Of a stretch of DNA of 62,906 nt, positions 49,806-59,888 are shown piece after piece. Within the stretch, counting starts at the first letter, position 1. The number at the start of each line of letters is the position of its first letter. Source of the stretch: Desulfobulbaceae bacterium UBA5121. Lineage in GTDB: Bacteria; Desulfobacterota; Desulfobulbia; Desulfobulbales; UBA5123. The translations under genes and the position numbers were made by a program. The notes beneath the pieces are model-generated. The model was not told the DNA's origin. It searched no databases and worked only from the letters and a program-made list of their open reading frames with translations. Location of the stretch: NCBI GenBank assembly GCA_002414225.1, contig DHYV01000048.1:634-63539 (forward strand). The letters run 5' to 3'.

Positions 49806-50864
49806 TCAATCGCTGCTCATCAGGATGGCCGCCGGCCGGGTGGCCTCGAACTGCTCGCAGGCGATCTTAATGGCAGCGGTGAGCGGCACGGCGATGAGCA
49901 TGCCCACCAACCCCCAGAGCCACCCCCAGAAGAGAAGCGCGAGAAGCACCACCAGGGGGCTTAAGTTCAAACCGCGGCCCATGAGCCGCGGTTCGACCAC
50001 GTTGCCAACCACCATCTGGATACCGACGAGCACCGCCGCCACCAAAAGGGTTTCGGCAAGCGAACCGGACTGAAAAAGGGCCACCGCCACCGGCGGCAGG
50101 GTGGCGATCACCGAGCCGAGGTTGGGGATGAAGTTGAGCAGGAAGGCGAGTACCCCCCAGAGGAGGGCAAAGGGCACGCCGAAGAGGAGCAGGGCGATGG
50201 CGAAGAGGCCGCCGGTGGCGAGGCTGAGCAGGATCTTCAACTCCAGATAGTGGCGCACCGCGCCGTTGATCCGGGCCGCGGTGGCAAGCCACGCCACGGC
50301 CTGCTCCTCGCCAAGCCCCCGGGCGAGCCGGCGGGCCAGGCTCTCCCGTTCGGCGAGGATGAAGACCAGGAAGAGCAGTACCCAGAAAATGTTGCCGAGA
50401 AAGGCGAAGAAAGAGCCGCCCACCTGCCGGACCACGCCGCCCAGGGGTTGCAGATCGGCGTGCTTAAATTTTTCCATGAAGGCGGCCGCGGCCTGGGCCG
50501 CCTGCTCGCGGCTGATGTCGAGCCGGTCGAGGAGGAGGGCCGCGTACTGCCAGAAGGTCGCCTCAAAGCGGGGCAGCCGGGCTTCGAGTTCAACGACGTT
50601 GGCCTGGACCAGACGGCCCAGGAGGTAGCAGGCCGCCACCACGCCGAGTACCACCGCCACGCTGCGCAGCGCCGTAGGCACCCGCAGCCGCTGCAGAAAC
50701 TCTAGCGGCAGCGCCAGGCCGTAACAGCAGAGAAGCGCCACGGCCAGGGGCACGAAGAGAAAGGCCAGGGCCTTCAGGACCACTACCGCCAGAACCAGCA
50801 ACACCGCCCAGGCAGTGGCGGCAAGCAGCCCGCCCGGCAACGGCGGCACGCCTGACTCAGCCAT
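49806..50864 (-). CDS. AI-2E family transporter
   Basis: LNFIPNLGS, GNVVEPRLMG..LSP, WGWLWG..AVPL. Confidence 0.92.
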   Translation of the reverse strand: MAESGVPPLPGGLLAATAWAVLLVLAVVVLKALAFLFVPLAVALLCCYGLALPLEFLQRLRVPTALRSVAVVLGVVAACYLLGRLVQANVVELEARLPRFEATFWQYAALLLDRLDISREQAAQAAAAFMEKFKHADLQPLGGVVRQVGGSFFAFLGNIFWVLLFLVFILAERESLARRLARGLGEEQAVAWLATAARINGAVRHYLELKILLSLATGGLFAIALLLFGVPFALLWGVLAFLLNFIPNLGSVIATLPPVAVALFQSGSLAETLLVAAVLVGIQMVVGNVVEPRLMGRGLNLSPLVVLLALLFWGWLWGLVGMLIAVPLTAAIKIACEQFEATRPAAILMSSD

Positions 50865-50897
50865 GCCGCCTCACCCCAGGTAGCCGCCGGGGCCGCA

Positions 50898-51305
50898 TCA
50901 GTGCACGCCCTTGCTGTTCAAGAAGGCGCTGTACTGCATGTCGGTGCCCAGGATGTGCTTGTCGAGCCATTTTTTGAGGAAGTCCATCACCTCGATGGTC
51001 ATCGCCGCCTTGCCCAACTTGTACTGGCGCTGGAGATCCAATACCTTGGCGGTCATCTTCTCGTGCTTGTCCTTGTGCTCGGCGAAGCCCTGGTAGCCAT
51101 GGGCCTGCATCAGCCGCTCCTCGTTGGCGAAATGGTTTGCCGTGTAGCTGACCAGCCGCGCCAGGATTTCACCCAGTACGTCCTTTGCCTTGCCGGCAGC
51201 CATGGCATCGTTCAACTCATTGATCATCTTGATCAGGTTCCGATGCTGATCGTCGATCTCCTTGATTTTGACACTGTAGGCATCCTTCCAGGACAACAGA
51301 GGCAT
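50898..51305 (-). CDS. Bacteriohemerythrin
   Basis: W..YSV..IDDQH, HFANEE, HKDKH, WLDKHI..D di-iron ligands; SD GGAGG. Confidence 0.95.
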   Translation of the reverse strand: MPLLSWKDAYSVKIKEIDDQHRNLIKMINELNDAMAAGKAKDVLGEILARLVSYTANHFANEERLMQAHGYQGFAEHKDKHEKMTAKVLDLQRQYKLGKAAMTIEVMDFLKKWLDKHILGTDMQYSAFLNSKGVH

Positions 51306-51458
51306 AACGGTTTTCCTCCAAAGTGAAATGTTGGCCGACCCACCTAAACTCACAAGCCGGGCGTCGACTAAGCGCTGTATTTTACCTAAACCCAAAGGAA
51401 TGGCAACAACTATCGCCGTTGCCCCCCCCGCCGTTCAGAGGCGGGTGTGCCAGAGAGG

Positions 51459-52226
51459 TCAGAGCTGGACGGAATCGCCCGGCTCGGGCAGCCAGACCTG
51501 CAAGGGGGCGGCCCGGCGGAGGGCGGCGTCGATCTCAAACCGCCGCTCCTGACGCTCCTGGCGCTGGATGTGAATAAGGGCCAGGGCCGAAACCCCGGCC
51601 CGGACGGCAAAGTCAAGGCAGCCGGCGACGCTGCCGTGGCCGATGACGGTGTCGGTGAGCCGGAAGGACTCATGAACCACCAGATCGCATCCCCGGGCCA
51701 GCTGCTCGGTGGCCGGGGTGGGCCGGCCATCGCCACTATAGAAAAGGGAGCGTCCGCCATCCTCAAGCCGCAGGGCCAGGGCGCGCTGGGAGTGAAGCCC
51801 GGCGGCGGTATGCCACTGAAACCCGGCCACCTCGAGAACCGTTCCGGGCTCTGCCTCCCGGAACAGCAGCGGATAATGCATCTTGGCGCCGAAGTTGGGA
51901 TAGGCCAGGTCGAGCGCCTGCCGGACCTTGGCCTTTACCCCGGCGGGGCCGATGATAAACAAAGGCTTACGGCGGTCCTCCTCCCAGAAGCGGAGGAGCA
52001 AAAGTGGGACACCGAAAAAGTGGTCGCCGTGAAAATGGGAAATCCACAGGGCATCCAGCCGGTCCGCCTCGCCGCGGGCGCCGAAATAGATATGCGGGGT
52101 GGTGAAGCCGCAGTCGAGGAGCACCTGCCGCTCCTGGCCGGCGGTATCGGTCTCCACCAGTAATGAGGTGTTGGGGTAGACAGGGTCGCATGCCTCGCCC
52201 ACCCCGAGGAAGGTGATCTTCATCAT
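51459..52226 (-). CDS. MBL-fold metallo-hydrolase (RNase Z-like)
   Basis: FLGVGEA, LLDCG, SHFHGDH, YSGDG, VHE. Confidence 0.88.
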   Translation of the reverse strand: MMKITFLGVGEACDPVYPNTSLLVETDTAGQERQVLLDCGFTTPHIYFGARGEADRLDALWISHFHGDHFFGVPLLLLRFWEEDRRKPLFIIGPAGVKAKVRQALDLAYPNFGAKMHYPLLFREAEPGTVLEVAGFQWHTAAGLHSQRALALRLEDGGRSLFYSGDGRPTPATEQLARGCDLVVHESFRLTDTVIGHGSVAGCLDFAVRAGVSALALIHIQRQERQERRFEIDAALRRAAPLQVWLPEPGDSVQL

Positions 52227-52480
52227 GGTTCACGCGTTCTTCTAAGGACGAATGGAGTTCTTGGGATTGTACCATGAAGCCGCCGGCAGGGAAACGCCAA
52301 GCTTCGCCGCCGGCAGGCGTTTGGCGGTTTGCCAAAGATGCCGGCCGCAGTGGTTTCGCCGAAAGCCTGTGGGCCACCGCCACTGGGCCAGGTTTCCCCT
52401 TTGCCGGGCTGCCCGCCTTTTGGTATGGTTGGGCGCATTCCACCGTTTTTCGCCATTCCCTTGTCGAGAGGTTTCCGGCC

Positions 52481-53749
52481 TTGCTCAACGTTATCTGGAC
52501 AGGTTTCTTCTTCCTCGCCGCCCTGTCGGCCCTCTATCAGGTGACCTGGCTCCACCAGCCAATGGTGCTCGACGCCATCATGACCGCCCTCTTCGCCTCG
52601 TCCAAAACCGCCTTTGAGATCGCCATCGGCCTCACCGGGGTGATGACGCTCTGGCTCGGCATCATGCGCATCGGCGAAGCGGGCGGCATGGTGGAGGTCT
52701 TGAGCCGGCTGCTCACCCCGCTCTTCCGGCATCTCTTCCCCGAGGTACCGGAAGGCCACCCGGCCTGCGGCGCCATGGTGATGAACATCGCCGCCAACAT
52801 GCTGGGACTCGATAACGCCGCAACCCCGCTGGGGCTCAAGGCGATGCGGGAACTCCAGTCCCTGAACCCCGACCCGCAAACCGCGAGCAACGCCCAGATC
52901 ATGTTCCTGGTGATCAACACCTCCTCGGTGACCATCATCCCCACCACCCTCTTCACCTACCTTTACCAACTTGGCTACCCCAACCCCACCGAACTCTTCC
53001 TGCCCATCCTGCTCGCCACCGGCTGTTCCACCATGGCTGGCCTCGTGGCCGTGTCGTTCTACCAGCGTTTGAACCTGCTGCGGCCACGCCTCCTCCTGGC
53101 CCTGGCCGGTCTCCTTGCCCTGCTCGCCCTGATCTTCACCGGCCTCTTGGCCATGGACCGGGCTGCCATGCGCGCCCTTTCCACCACGGTGAGCAACGGC
53201 CTGATCTTCGGGGTCATCATCGTCTTCCTGTTGCTGGCCGTGCGCCGCCGCGTGAACGTCTACGAGGCATTCATCGACGGGGCCAAGGACGGCTTCCAGG
53301 TGGCGGTTGAGATCATCCCCTATCTGGTGGCCATGCTGGTGGCCATCGGTGTTTTCCAGGCCAGCGGCGCCATGGCCATCCTTCTCGGACTCATCGACCA
53401 CCTGGCGCGAGGGGTTGCCACCGGGCTCGACGGCCTGGGCCTCATTCACTACCACGGCACGCCCATCGCCTTTGTCGACGCCCTGCCCACCGGCCTCATG
53501 AAGCCACTGAGCGGCAGCGGAGCCCGGGGGCTGATGATCGAAACCATCCAGAGCCACGGCGTAAAGAGCATGGTCGCCAAGATGGTGGCCGTCATGCAGG
53601 GCAGTACCGAAACCACCTTTTACATCATCGCCGTCTACTTCGGAGCGGTGGGAGTCAAGAAAACCCGCCACGCCGTCCCCTGCGGTCTCATCGCCGATGC
53701 GGCCGGCATCACCGCGGCCATTGCGGTCTGTTACCTCTTCTTTGGCTGA
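52481..53749 (+). CDS. SpmA-SpmB fusion / nucleoside-recognition (Gate) membrane protein
   Basis: ANMLGLDNAATPLGLKAM, KPLSGSGARG, QGSTETTFY; TTG start after GAGAGG. Confidence 0.88.
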   Translation: MLNVIWTGFFFLAALSALYQVTWLHQPMVLDAIMTALFASSKTAFEIAIGLTGVMTLWLGIMRIGEAGGMVEVLSRLLTPLFRHLFPEVPEGHPACGAMVMNIAANMLGLDNAATPLGLKAMRELQSLNPDPQTASNAQIMFLVINTSSVTIIPTTLFTYLYQLGYPNPTELFLPILLATGCSTMAGLVAVSFYQRLNLLRPRLLLALAGLLALLALIFTGLLAMDRAAMRALSTTVSNGLIFGVIIVFLLLAVRRRVNVYEAFIDGAKDGFQVAVEIIPYLVAMLVAIGVFQASGAMAILLGLIDHLARGVATGLDGLGLIHYHGTPIAFVDALPTGLMKPLSGSGARGLMIETIQSHGVKSMVAKMVAVMQGSTETTFYIIAVYFGAVGVKKTRHAVPCGLIADAAGITAAIAVCYLFFG

Positions 53750-54047
53750 GTCTCCAGTCCGCAACGGCCCCCTCTTGAAAAAGATTTTTCCGTTGCACTC
53801 CTCCCGCCTCCATGCCTAGGATGAACCTTAGGTGCCAGGTAACCCTGCGGTACAGGATACATTTCCCGGAAAGTGATTCTCAGAAAATGGCATGATGGAG
53901 TGGTTGACGGTCTTTGCCCCACGCCGCCGCGGCCAGACGCTGCCATGAGAACTTAAACGATAGCGCGCTCCGTTAGAAGAAACTCGTCGCATTTCGGCTC
54001 GCCAGGGACTCACCCCCTTATTTAACGGTCAAGAAACTGAAACTGCC

Positions 54048-55382
54048 ATGCATCCTGCTCACCGCCAGTCGACCATAGAGCCCTTCCCCCTTCCGGCACA
54101 GTCGGACTTCACCGTCCTCATCGTCGATGACGAGTACATCAATCGTTTTCTCCTGCAGAACATCGTGGAGGGGATCGGCTACACCACCCGGAAGGCGGAA
54201 AACGGCGCCGCCGCCCTGGAACTCGTCGCCGAGACCCCGCCGGACCTCATCCTGCTCGACATCATGATGCCCGACATCAACGGCTACGAACTCTGCCGCC
54301 GACTGAAGGGGAACCCGGCCACCGCCAACATTCCGGTGATCTTCGTCACCGCCCTCACCGATACGGCGAATCTGATCAAGGGGTTCGCGGTGGGCGCCGA
54401 AGACTACATCGGCAAACCCATCAACGAAGGCGAGGTCAGGGCCCGAGTGCAAACCCACCTCAAACTCAAGGCGGCGGTGGACCAGATCCGCAAGTACAAC
54501 GAGGAACTCGAACAGGTGGTGGCCGAAAGCAGCCGGGAGCTGGTGCGCAGCGAACGCCAAGCCGCCTTTGGCCAGCTCATCCAGGGCATCGTCCACAACC
54601 TCAAGGGACCGCTCACCTCCATCCGGGGCAGCGCCCAGGCATGCCAAATCACCGTCAAGACGCTGGTCGGTGAACTCGACGCCATGGCCCAGCGGGCGCC
54701 GGATGCCGTTCCCGCCCGCCTCACCGATCTGAGCCGGGCCGCCACCAAAGCGGCGGAGCTGGTGGATACGGCCTCACGCCGCCTCACCGAGATGATCAAC
54801 GCCCTGATGTACAAGAGCAGCAGTGACCAGCGCGACAAAGAAGAACAGCTCGATCTGAACGCCATCGTCGGGGAGGAACTCGCTTTTCTTCAGGCCGACC
54901 TCCACTTCAAGCACCATGTCCGCAAGGCGATAACACTTGCCCAGGAACCGCTGCCCATCCTGGCGGTCGCGCCGGAAATTGCCCAGGTCATCACCAACCT
55001 GGTGAGCAACGCCTTGGACGCCACGCACGCCGCTGCCGAACCGACCATCACCATCACCACGGCAAGGAGGTGCGGCGCGGCCTGGCTCACCGTTGCCGAC
55101 AACGGCAGCGGGATTGCATCCGAACACCTCGGCAGGATCTTTGATCCCTTCTTCACCACCAAGCCCAGACGCCAGATGGGGGCCACCCCGGAAAACGGCC
55201 CCATCGGCACCGGCCTCGGCCTCTACATGTGCATGCGGTCGGTCAAGGCGCTGGGCGGCGACATCCAGGTGGACAGCGCGGTGGGCAAGGGCACCACCTT
55301 CCGGGTCAAGATCCCGCTCGCCCTGCAACCCGCGACCGAGGAGGGCTGTGACGGCGACAACAGCCCCGTCCTCCACCAGTGA
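54048..55382 (+). CDS. Cytoplasmic hybrid kinase, REC-HisKA-HATPase
   Basis: LIVDDE..LDIMMP; VHNLKGPL; NALDA, FDPFFTTK, GTGLGL. Confidence 0.9.
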   Translation: MHPAHRQSTIEPFPLPAQSDFTVLIVDDEYINRFLLQNIVEGIGYTTRKAENGAAALELVAETPPDLILLDIMMPDINGYELCRRLKGNPATANIPVIFVTALTDTANLIKGFAVGAEDYIGKPINEGEVRARVQTHLKLKAAVDQIRKYNEELEQVVAESSRELVRSERQAAFGQLIQGIVHNLKGPLTSIRGSAQACQITVKTLVGELDAMAQRAPDAVPARLTDLSRAATKAAELVDTASRRLTEMINALMYKSSSDQRDKEEQLDLNAIVGEELAFLQADLHFKHHVRKAITLAQEPLPILAVAPEIAQVITNLVSNALDATHAAAEPTITITTARRCGAAWLTVADNGSGIASEHLGRIFDPFFTTKPRRQMGATPENGPIGTGLGLYMCMRSVKALGGDIQVDSAVGKGTTFRVKIPLALQPATEEGCDGDNSPVLHQ

Positions 55383-55416
55383 CCCTTTTCGACTAGACGA
55401 GGAGGCCCGCAACGAA

Positions 55417-55842
55417 ATGCCAGAACACCGCGCCTACAAAATCTTGCTTGTGGACGACGACGAAGATATCCTTAGCACCCTGGAGCTGGCCTTTCTTCCC
55501 ACTCCGTACCGCGTCACCACTTGCAACCACCCGCTCAAGGCTTACGAGTTGATCGAAAACGTACACTTCGACATGGTGATCAGCGACATTCAGATGCCCC
55601 AGATGAACGGCCTGACCCTGCTGCGCAAGATCAAGGACTTCAACGGCATGATCCAGGTGATCATGATCACCGCCTACATCTCAATCAACAACACCCTGGA
55701 CGCCTTTCGTTACGGAGCCGCGGACATCTTCTTCAAGCCCTTCGACGACATCACCGAGATCGTCCAGGCCGCCGATGCCATTGCCCTCAAGTTGGACCGG
55801 GTCAACAACATCCTCCACAAGGTGGCGGAAGGAGAGGTATGA
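55417..55842 (+). CDS. Single-domain response regulator
   Basis: ILLVDDD, SDIQMP, ITAY, KPF; SD GAGGAGG. Confidence 0.9.
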   Translation: MPEHRAYKILLVDDDEDILSTLELAFLPTPYRVTTCNHPLKAYELIENVHFDMVISDIQMPQMNGLTLLRKIKDFNGMIQVIMITAYISINNTLDAFRYGAADIFFKPFDDITEIVQAADAIALKLDRVNNILHKVAEGEV

Positions 55843-55845
55843 ACG

Positions 55846-58155
55846 ATGCAAAACGCGCTTGACCTCAACGCCCTGCACGGCTTTCTCGACGAGTCCACCG
55901 ACTCCCTGCAGGGCATTGAGGCCGATTTCATCGATCTGGAGAAAGATCCGGCCAATCTCGACATCATCAACCGGATCTTCCGTCCCATCCACAGCCTCAA
56001 GGGCAACTCGGGCTTCTTCGGTCTCACCAACATCAACAAGTTTTCCCACCGTCTGGAAAACCTTCTCGACATCATCCGCAAGGGCGATCTGCTCGTCTCA
56101 AAAGAAATCATCGACACCCTCCTCGCCGGCGTCGACTCCCTCCGCCAGATGCTCGAACGGGTCTACGCCGATCCATCCGACGTCGCCCTTGGCGACGCCG
56201 AAGAGGCGCTCCTCGCCAAAGTGGAGGGATTCAAGCCGGAGAAGACCGAGGGTACCCTCGAAAGCGTTCTGACCCTTGAAAAACTCCTCAGCGAGGCGCT
56301 AGACAAAGGCATCGATCCCCATACCAACACCCTGCTCAGCAACACCCTCAGCCAGATCGAGAAGGTCAACCAAGAAATCAAGCGGCTCCTCGAAGGCCTG
56401 CGCCACGGCGACGCCAGCGCCGACCGCGCCGCCGCCACCTACCGCCTGAACGGCGCTGACTACACGGCCCTGCTCCGTCCCTTCATCGAGGTAGCCGAGT
56501 GCATGGGCAAAAAAACCGTGGTGGCGGCCAAGGTCCGCACCGCGACCGCCAACGCCCTGGCCGCGCTCGACGAGCTGTTCCGGAACAACGTCGCGGTTAA
56601 CAAGGAAACCGACGAACTCCGTTCAATGGCCAACTTCTTCGACGACGAAATGCTCGTGGCGAGCGACGAGTTCACCTCGTCGACCATCCGGTCCATCGAC
56701 GCCGTGCTCGCCGCCTTTGACATCGAGCGACCTGCCGCCGCCCCCGAAACGGGCGGCAGGCTCGGCGAAATCCTCGTCGCCAGCAACAAGGTTTCCGCCG
56801 AGGCAATCGCCGGGGCGCTCAAAAAGCAGAAAAAGGTTGGCGAAATCCTCGTCGAGGAAGGCCTTATCGATCGCGACGGTCTGCAGGAAGCGCTCGCCGA
56901 ACAGCAAAAAAAGGCGTTCAGCGAACACGCCCAAAAGCAGCACGCCGCCCCCGAGGTCAAGAAGACCATCCGCATCGACCAAGACAAGCTGGACAGCTTC
57001 GCCAACTTTGTCGGCGAGCTGTTCATCAACATCGACTCGTTCAGTTTTTTGAAGAAGCAGTTGGAAGAAGCCGAGGTCGATTTCGATCTGATGACCCGAT
57101 TCACCAATACCATCACCTCGCTCGACGAAATGGTGGACACGCTCCAGGAGAGCATCATGAGCATCCGCAAGGTGCCAGTCCACACCCTCTTTCAACGCTT
57201 CCCCAGGGTCATCCGCCAGCTCGCCGGCTCCCTGGAAAAGGAGATCGACTTCCGCATCCGCGGTGATGAGACGGTGATCGACAAGGATCTGCTCGAAAAG
57301 ATCGAAAACCCCCTGGTCCACATGCTGCGCAATTCCGTGGATCACGGCATCGAACTTCCCGGCGAACGCACCGCCGCCGGCAAGCCCGCCACCGGCCTGC
57401 TGGAACTCAAGGCGGCGGTGGACGACAACTACGTCTATCTCACCATCCAGGACGACGGCAAGGGGATCGACCCGGAGAAAACCAAGGCGGTGGCGGTGAA
57501 GAAGGGATTCCTCGGCCAAGAGGAGGCCGACCGCCTTTCCGAAAAGGAACTCATCAACCTGATCTTCAAGCCGGGCTTCAGTTCCGCTGAACGGGTGAGT
57601 GACGTCTCGGGCCGAGGGGTCGGCATGGACGTGGTGCTCTCGGTGCTTCGGGAAACCAACGGCACCGTGGAAGTGGAATCGGAGGTGGGCAGGGGAACCA
57701 AGCTGGCCATCAGGATCCCCCTCACCAAGACCCTGGTGGCCAAGGAGGCGATGATCGTTACCGCCAATGGCCGGACCCTGGCCATTCCCTCCGAGGACAT
57801 CACCGCCACCATCGAGGCCAAGGACGACGCCACCACGCTCTTTTCCGGCGACTCCTGCATCCAGTACCAGGGCGGGATCATCCAGGTCGTGGACCTGGGC
57901 GGTTTTCTATTCGGCGCGACCTCCCCGCAGGAGCGGCAGGGAAGTCGGCAGGTGATCACCGTCTGCCAGAAACACAAGATCGCTCTGCTGGTGGACGAGG
58001 TACTGAGCCACCAGAAAATCGTGGTCAAAAACTTCACCGACGGCTACCGCAGGCTCCAGGATGCCAGGGGGATCAACGGCTACACCATTCTGGGCAACGA
58101 AGACATCATCCTCATCGCCGACGTCCAGAAAATCGCCGGTCACGCCGGCCAATAA
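55846..58155 (+). CDS. cheA: Chemotaxis histidine kinase CheA (copy 1)
   Basis: Hpt IFRPIHSLKG, RNSVDHGIE, DDGKG, PGFSS, GRGVGMDVV, C-terminal CheW-like domain. Confidence 0.93.
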   Translation: MQNALDLNALHGFLDESTDSLQGIEADFIDLEKDPANLDIINRIFRPIHSLKGNSGFFGLTNINKFSHRLENLLDIIRKGDLLVSKEIIDTLLAGVDSLRQMLERVYADPSDVALGDAEEALLAKVEGFKPEKTEGTLESVLTLEKLLSEALDKGIDPHTNTLLSNTLSQIEKVNQEIKRLLEGLRHGDASADRAAATYRLNGADYTALLRPFIEVAECMGKKTVVAAKVRTATANALAALDELFRNNVAVNKETDELRSMANFFDDEMLVASDEFTSSTIRSIDAVLAAFDIERPAAAPETGGRLGEILVASNKVSAEAIAGALKKQKKVGEILVEEGLIDRDGLQEALAEQQKKAFSEHAQKQHAAPEVKKTIRIDQDKLDSFANFVGELFINIDSFSFLKKQLEEAEVDFDLMTRFTNTITSLDEMVDTLQESIMSIRKVPVHTLFQRFPRVIRQLAGSLEKEIDFRIRGDETVIDKDLLEKIENPLVHMLRNSVDHGIELPGERTAAGKPATGLLELKAAVDDNYVYLTIQDDGKGIDPEKTKAVAVKKGFLGQEEADRLSEKELINLIFKPGFSSAERVSDVSGRGVGMDVVLSVLRETNGTVEVESEVGRGTKLAIRIPLTKTLVAKEAMIVTANGRTLAIPSEDITATIEAKDDATTLFSGDSCIQYQGGIIQVVDLGGFLFGATSPQERQGSRQVITVCQKHKIALLVDEVLSHQKIVVKNFTDGYRRLQDARGINGYTILGNEDIILIADVQKIAGHAGQ

Positions 58156-58442
58156 CCGCCCAGCCCCGCTGTTCCCTTGCGGCAGCCTCCGAGGCATAGT
58201 AACGTTCTTCTATTGCCACGACATTGCGACGGCCACGCCGGGACAGCGCCGCGCCGCCAAATGCCGGCCGGGTGGAATTACATTTCTTTTGACGTAACCT
58301 CCGACAAACAATTAAATTGGCACCATACGCTGTCATAAATACTGTTCAGACGCCCCCCGCGGCACGGAAACGTGCCGGCTTCACCTGCCGCCGGGCAACG
58401 GCGCGGCGCCATGCGACGGTTCAATATCCGGGTTGACCCCAA

Positions 58443-59729
58443 ATGGGAACAATGGAAGCTGACATATTCAAGGAGGAGGCATTCGACCTGCTCGACGACA
58501 TCGAGGCGACGCTGCTCGAGCTGAAGGATGCTCCTGACGACCGCGAACTCATCAACCGCCTGTTCCGGGCCTTTCACACCATCAAGGGATCGGGCGCCAT
58601 GTTCGGGTTCAAGGCGGTGTCCGAGTTCACCCACCAGCTTGAGAACGTCATCGACAAGATCCGGGACGGGAGCGGGGTTTTCCCGGACGAACTCACCGAG
58701 GTACTGCTGGCCGGCCGCGACCAGATCCTGCGCATGATCGAGGCCCCTGATCCCGACGCCCCTGAGATCGCCCACGGCGCACGGGAGGTTCTCGCCCTGC
58801 TGGCCGGAACTCTTGGCCAGCCAACGGTCCCGCCGCCCCGCCCCGCCGCCGCACCACCGGCGGTCAGTTCACCACCACCGCCCGCGGCCGCCGACGAGCG
58901 GCCGGCGGCTACCGCCCCCCAGCCGACCCCGGCCCTGATCGAAGAAATCAACGAGCTGCTGGCCGAAGCGGAACAGATGCTCCAGAAGCTGCGCTCCAAG
59001 CCGGACTCCGCCAAGCTCGCCAATCGGCTCCACCGCGCCTTTCGCACCGTAGCCGGCACCGCCGAGATGTACGAGATGGTTCCGCTTGCCGAATTCAGCG
59101 GCACCATTGCCGAAGCCCTGGAAGCGGTGCGCCAGCAGGGCAAGCCCGTCGATGCCGCCACCCTTTCCTGCCTGGAGGCGGCCAGGAGCCATGTCCTCTC
59201 CCTGCTCAGGGCCCCGGAGCCCGGCGCCCAGCTCCTGCACCACCGCTCGACCAAGCTGGTCGCCGATCTCAAGGCCCTCTGCAACGCCACGCCGGCGGGT
59301 GGGGAAAAGACGGCCGAGCCGTTAAAGGTGCTCATCGTCGAAGATGAATTCATCAGCCGCTACCTGTTGCAGGAATTTCTCACCCCTTACGGCAACAGCC
59401 ATGTGGCCATCGACGGCTACGAGGCGGTTCTCGCCGTCAAGAACGCCCTCATTGAAAAAAGGCCGTACCATCTGGTCTGTCTCGACATCATGATGCCCGG
59501 CATCGACGGTCGGCAGGTCGCCAAGGAAATCCGCCGGCTGGAGTCGGAGATGGGCAGTCCCATTGTCAGCCGGGTGGTGATGACCTCGGCCATCGACGAT
59601 CTCGAGGTCAAAGAGTCGCTGCTCAAGGCGGGGCATTGCGACGCTTATCTGGTCAAGCCGCTCCGCTTCGACGACCTGACCGAACTGTTGCGCAAATACT
59701 TCCCAGAATTCGGGCCTGCCGATGCGTAA
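58443..59729 (+). CDS. Hpt - degenerate Hpt - REC protein (start 58443 or 58452)
   Basis: LFRAFHTIKGSG; Pro/Ala linker; LHRAFRTVAG; VLIVEDE..LDIMMP..KP; no kinase core. Confidence 0.85.
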   Translation: MGTMEADIFKEEAFDLLDDIEATLLELKDAPDDRELINRLFRAFHTIKGSGAMFGFKAVSEFTHQLENVIDKIRDGSGVFPDELTEVLLAGRDQILRMIEAPDPDAPEIAHGAREVLALLAGTLGQPTVPPPRPAAAPPAVSSPPPPAAADERPAATAPQPTPALIEEINELLAEAEQMLQKLRSKPDSAKLANRLHRAFRTVAGTAEMYEMVPLAEFSGTIAEALEAVRQQGKPVDAATLSCLEAARSHVLSLLRAPEPGAQLLHHRSTKLVADLKALCNATPAGGEKTAEPLKVLIVEDEFISRYLLQEFLTPYGNSHVAIDGYEAVLAVKNALIEKRPYHLVCLDIMMPGIDGRQVAKEIRRLESEMGSPIVSRVVMTSAIDDLEVKESLLKAGHCDAYLVKPLRFDDLTELLRKYFPEFGPADA

Positions 59730-59888
59730 TTCCTCCATGACGCTGCAAATTACTCCGCTCCCAGGCGAGGCGCTGCCGCCCCGCAAGGGTCAACTTCGGC
59801 ACCATCCCTTGCCCGCCGCTTCCAGGCAACATTCCTCACTCGCAACGCCGCTGGTCGCATATTTTCTGCCGCCATTGGCACAAGGTGG

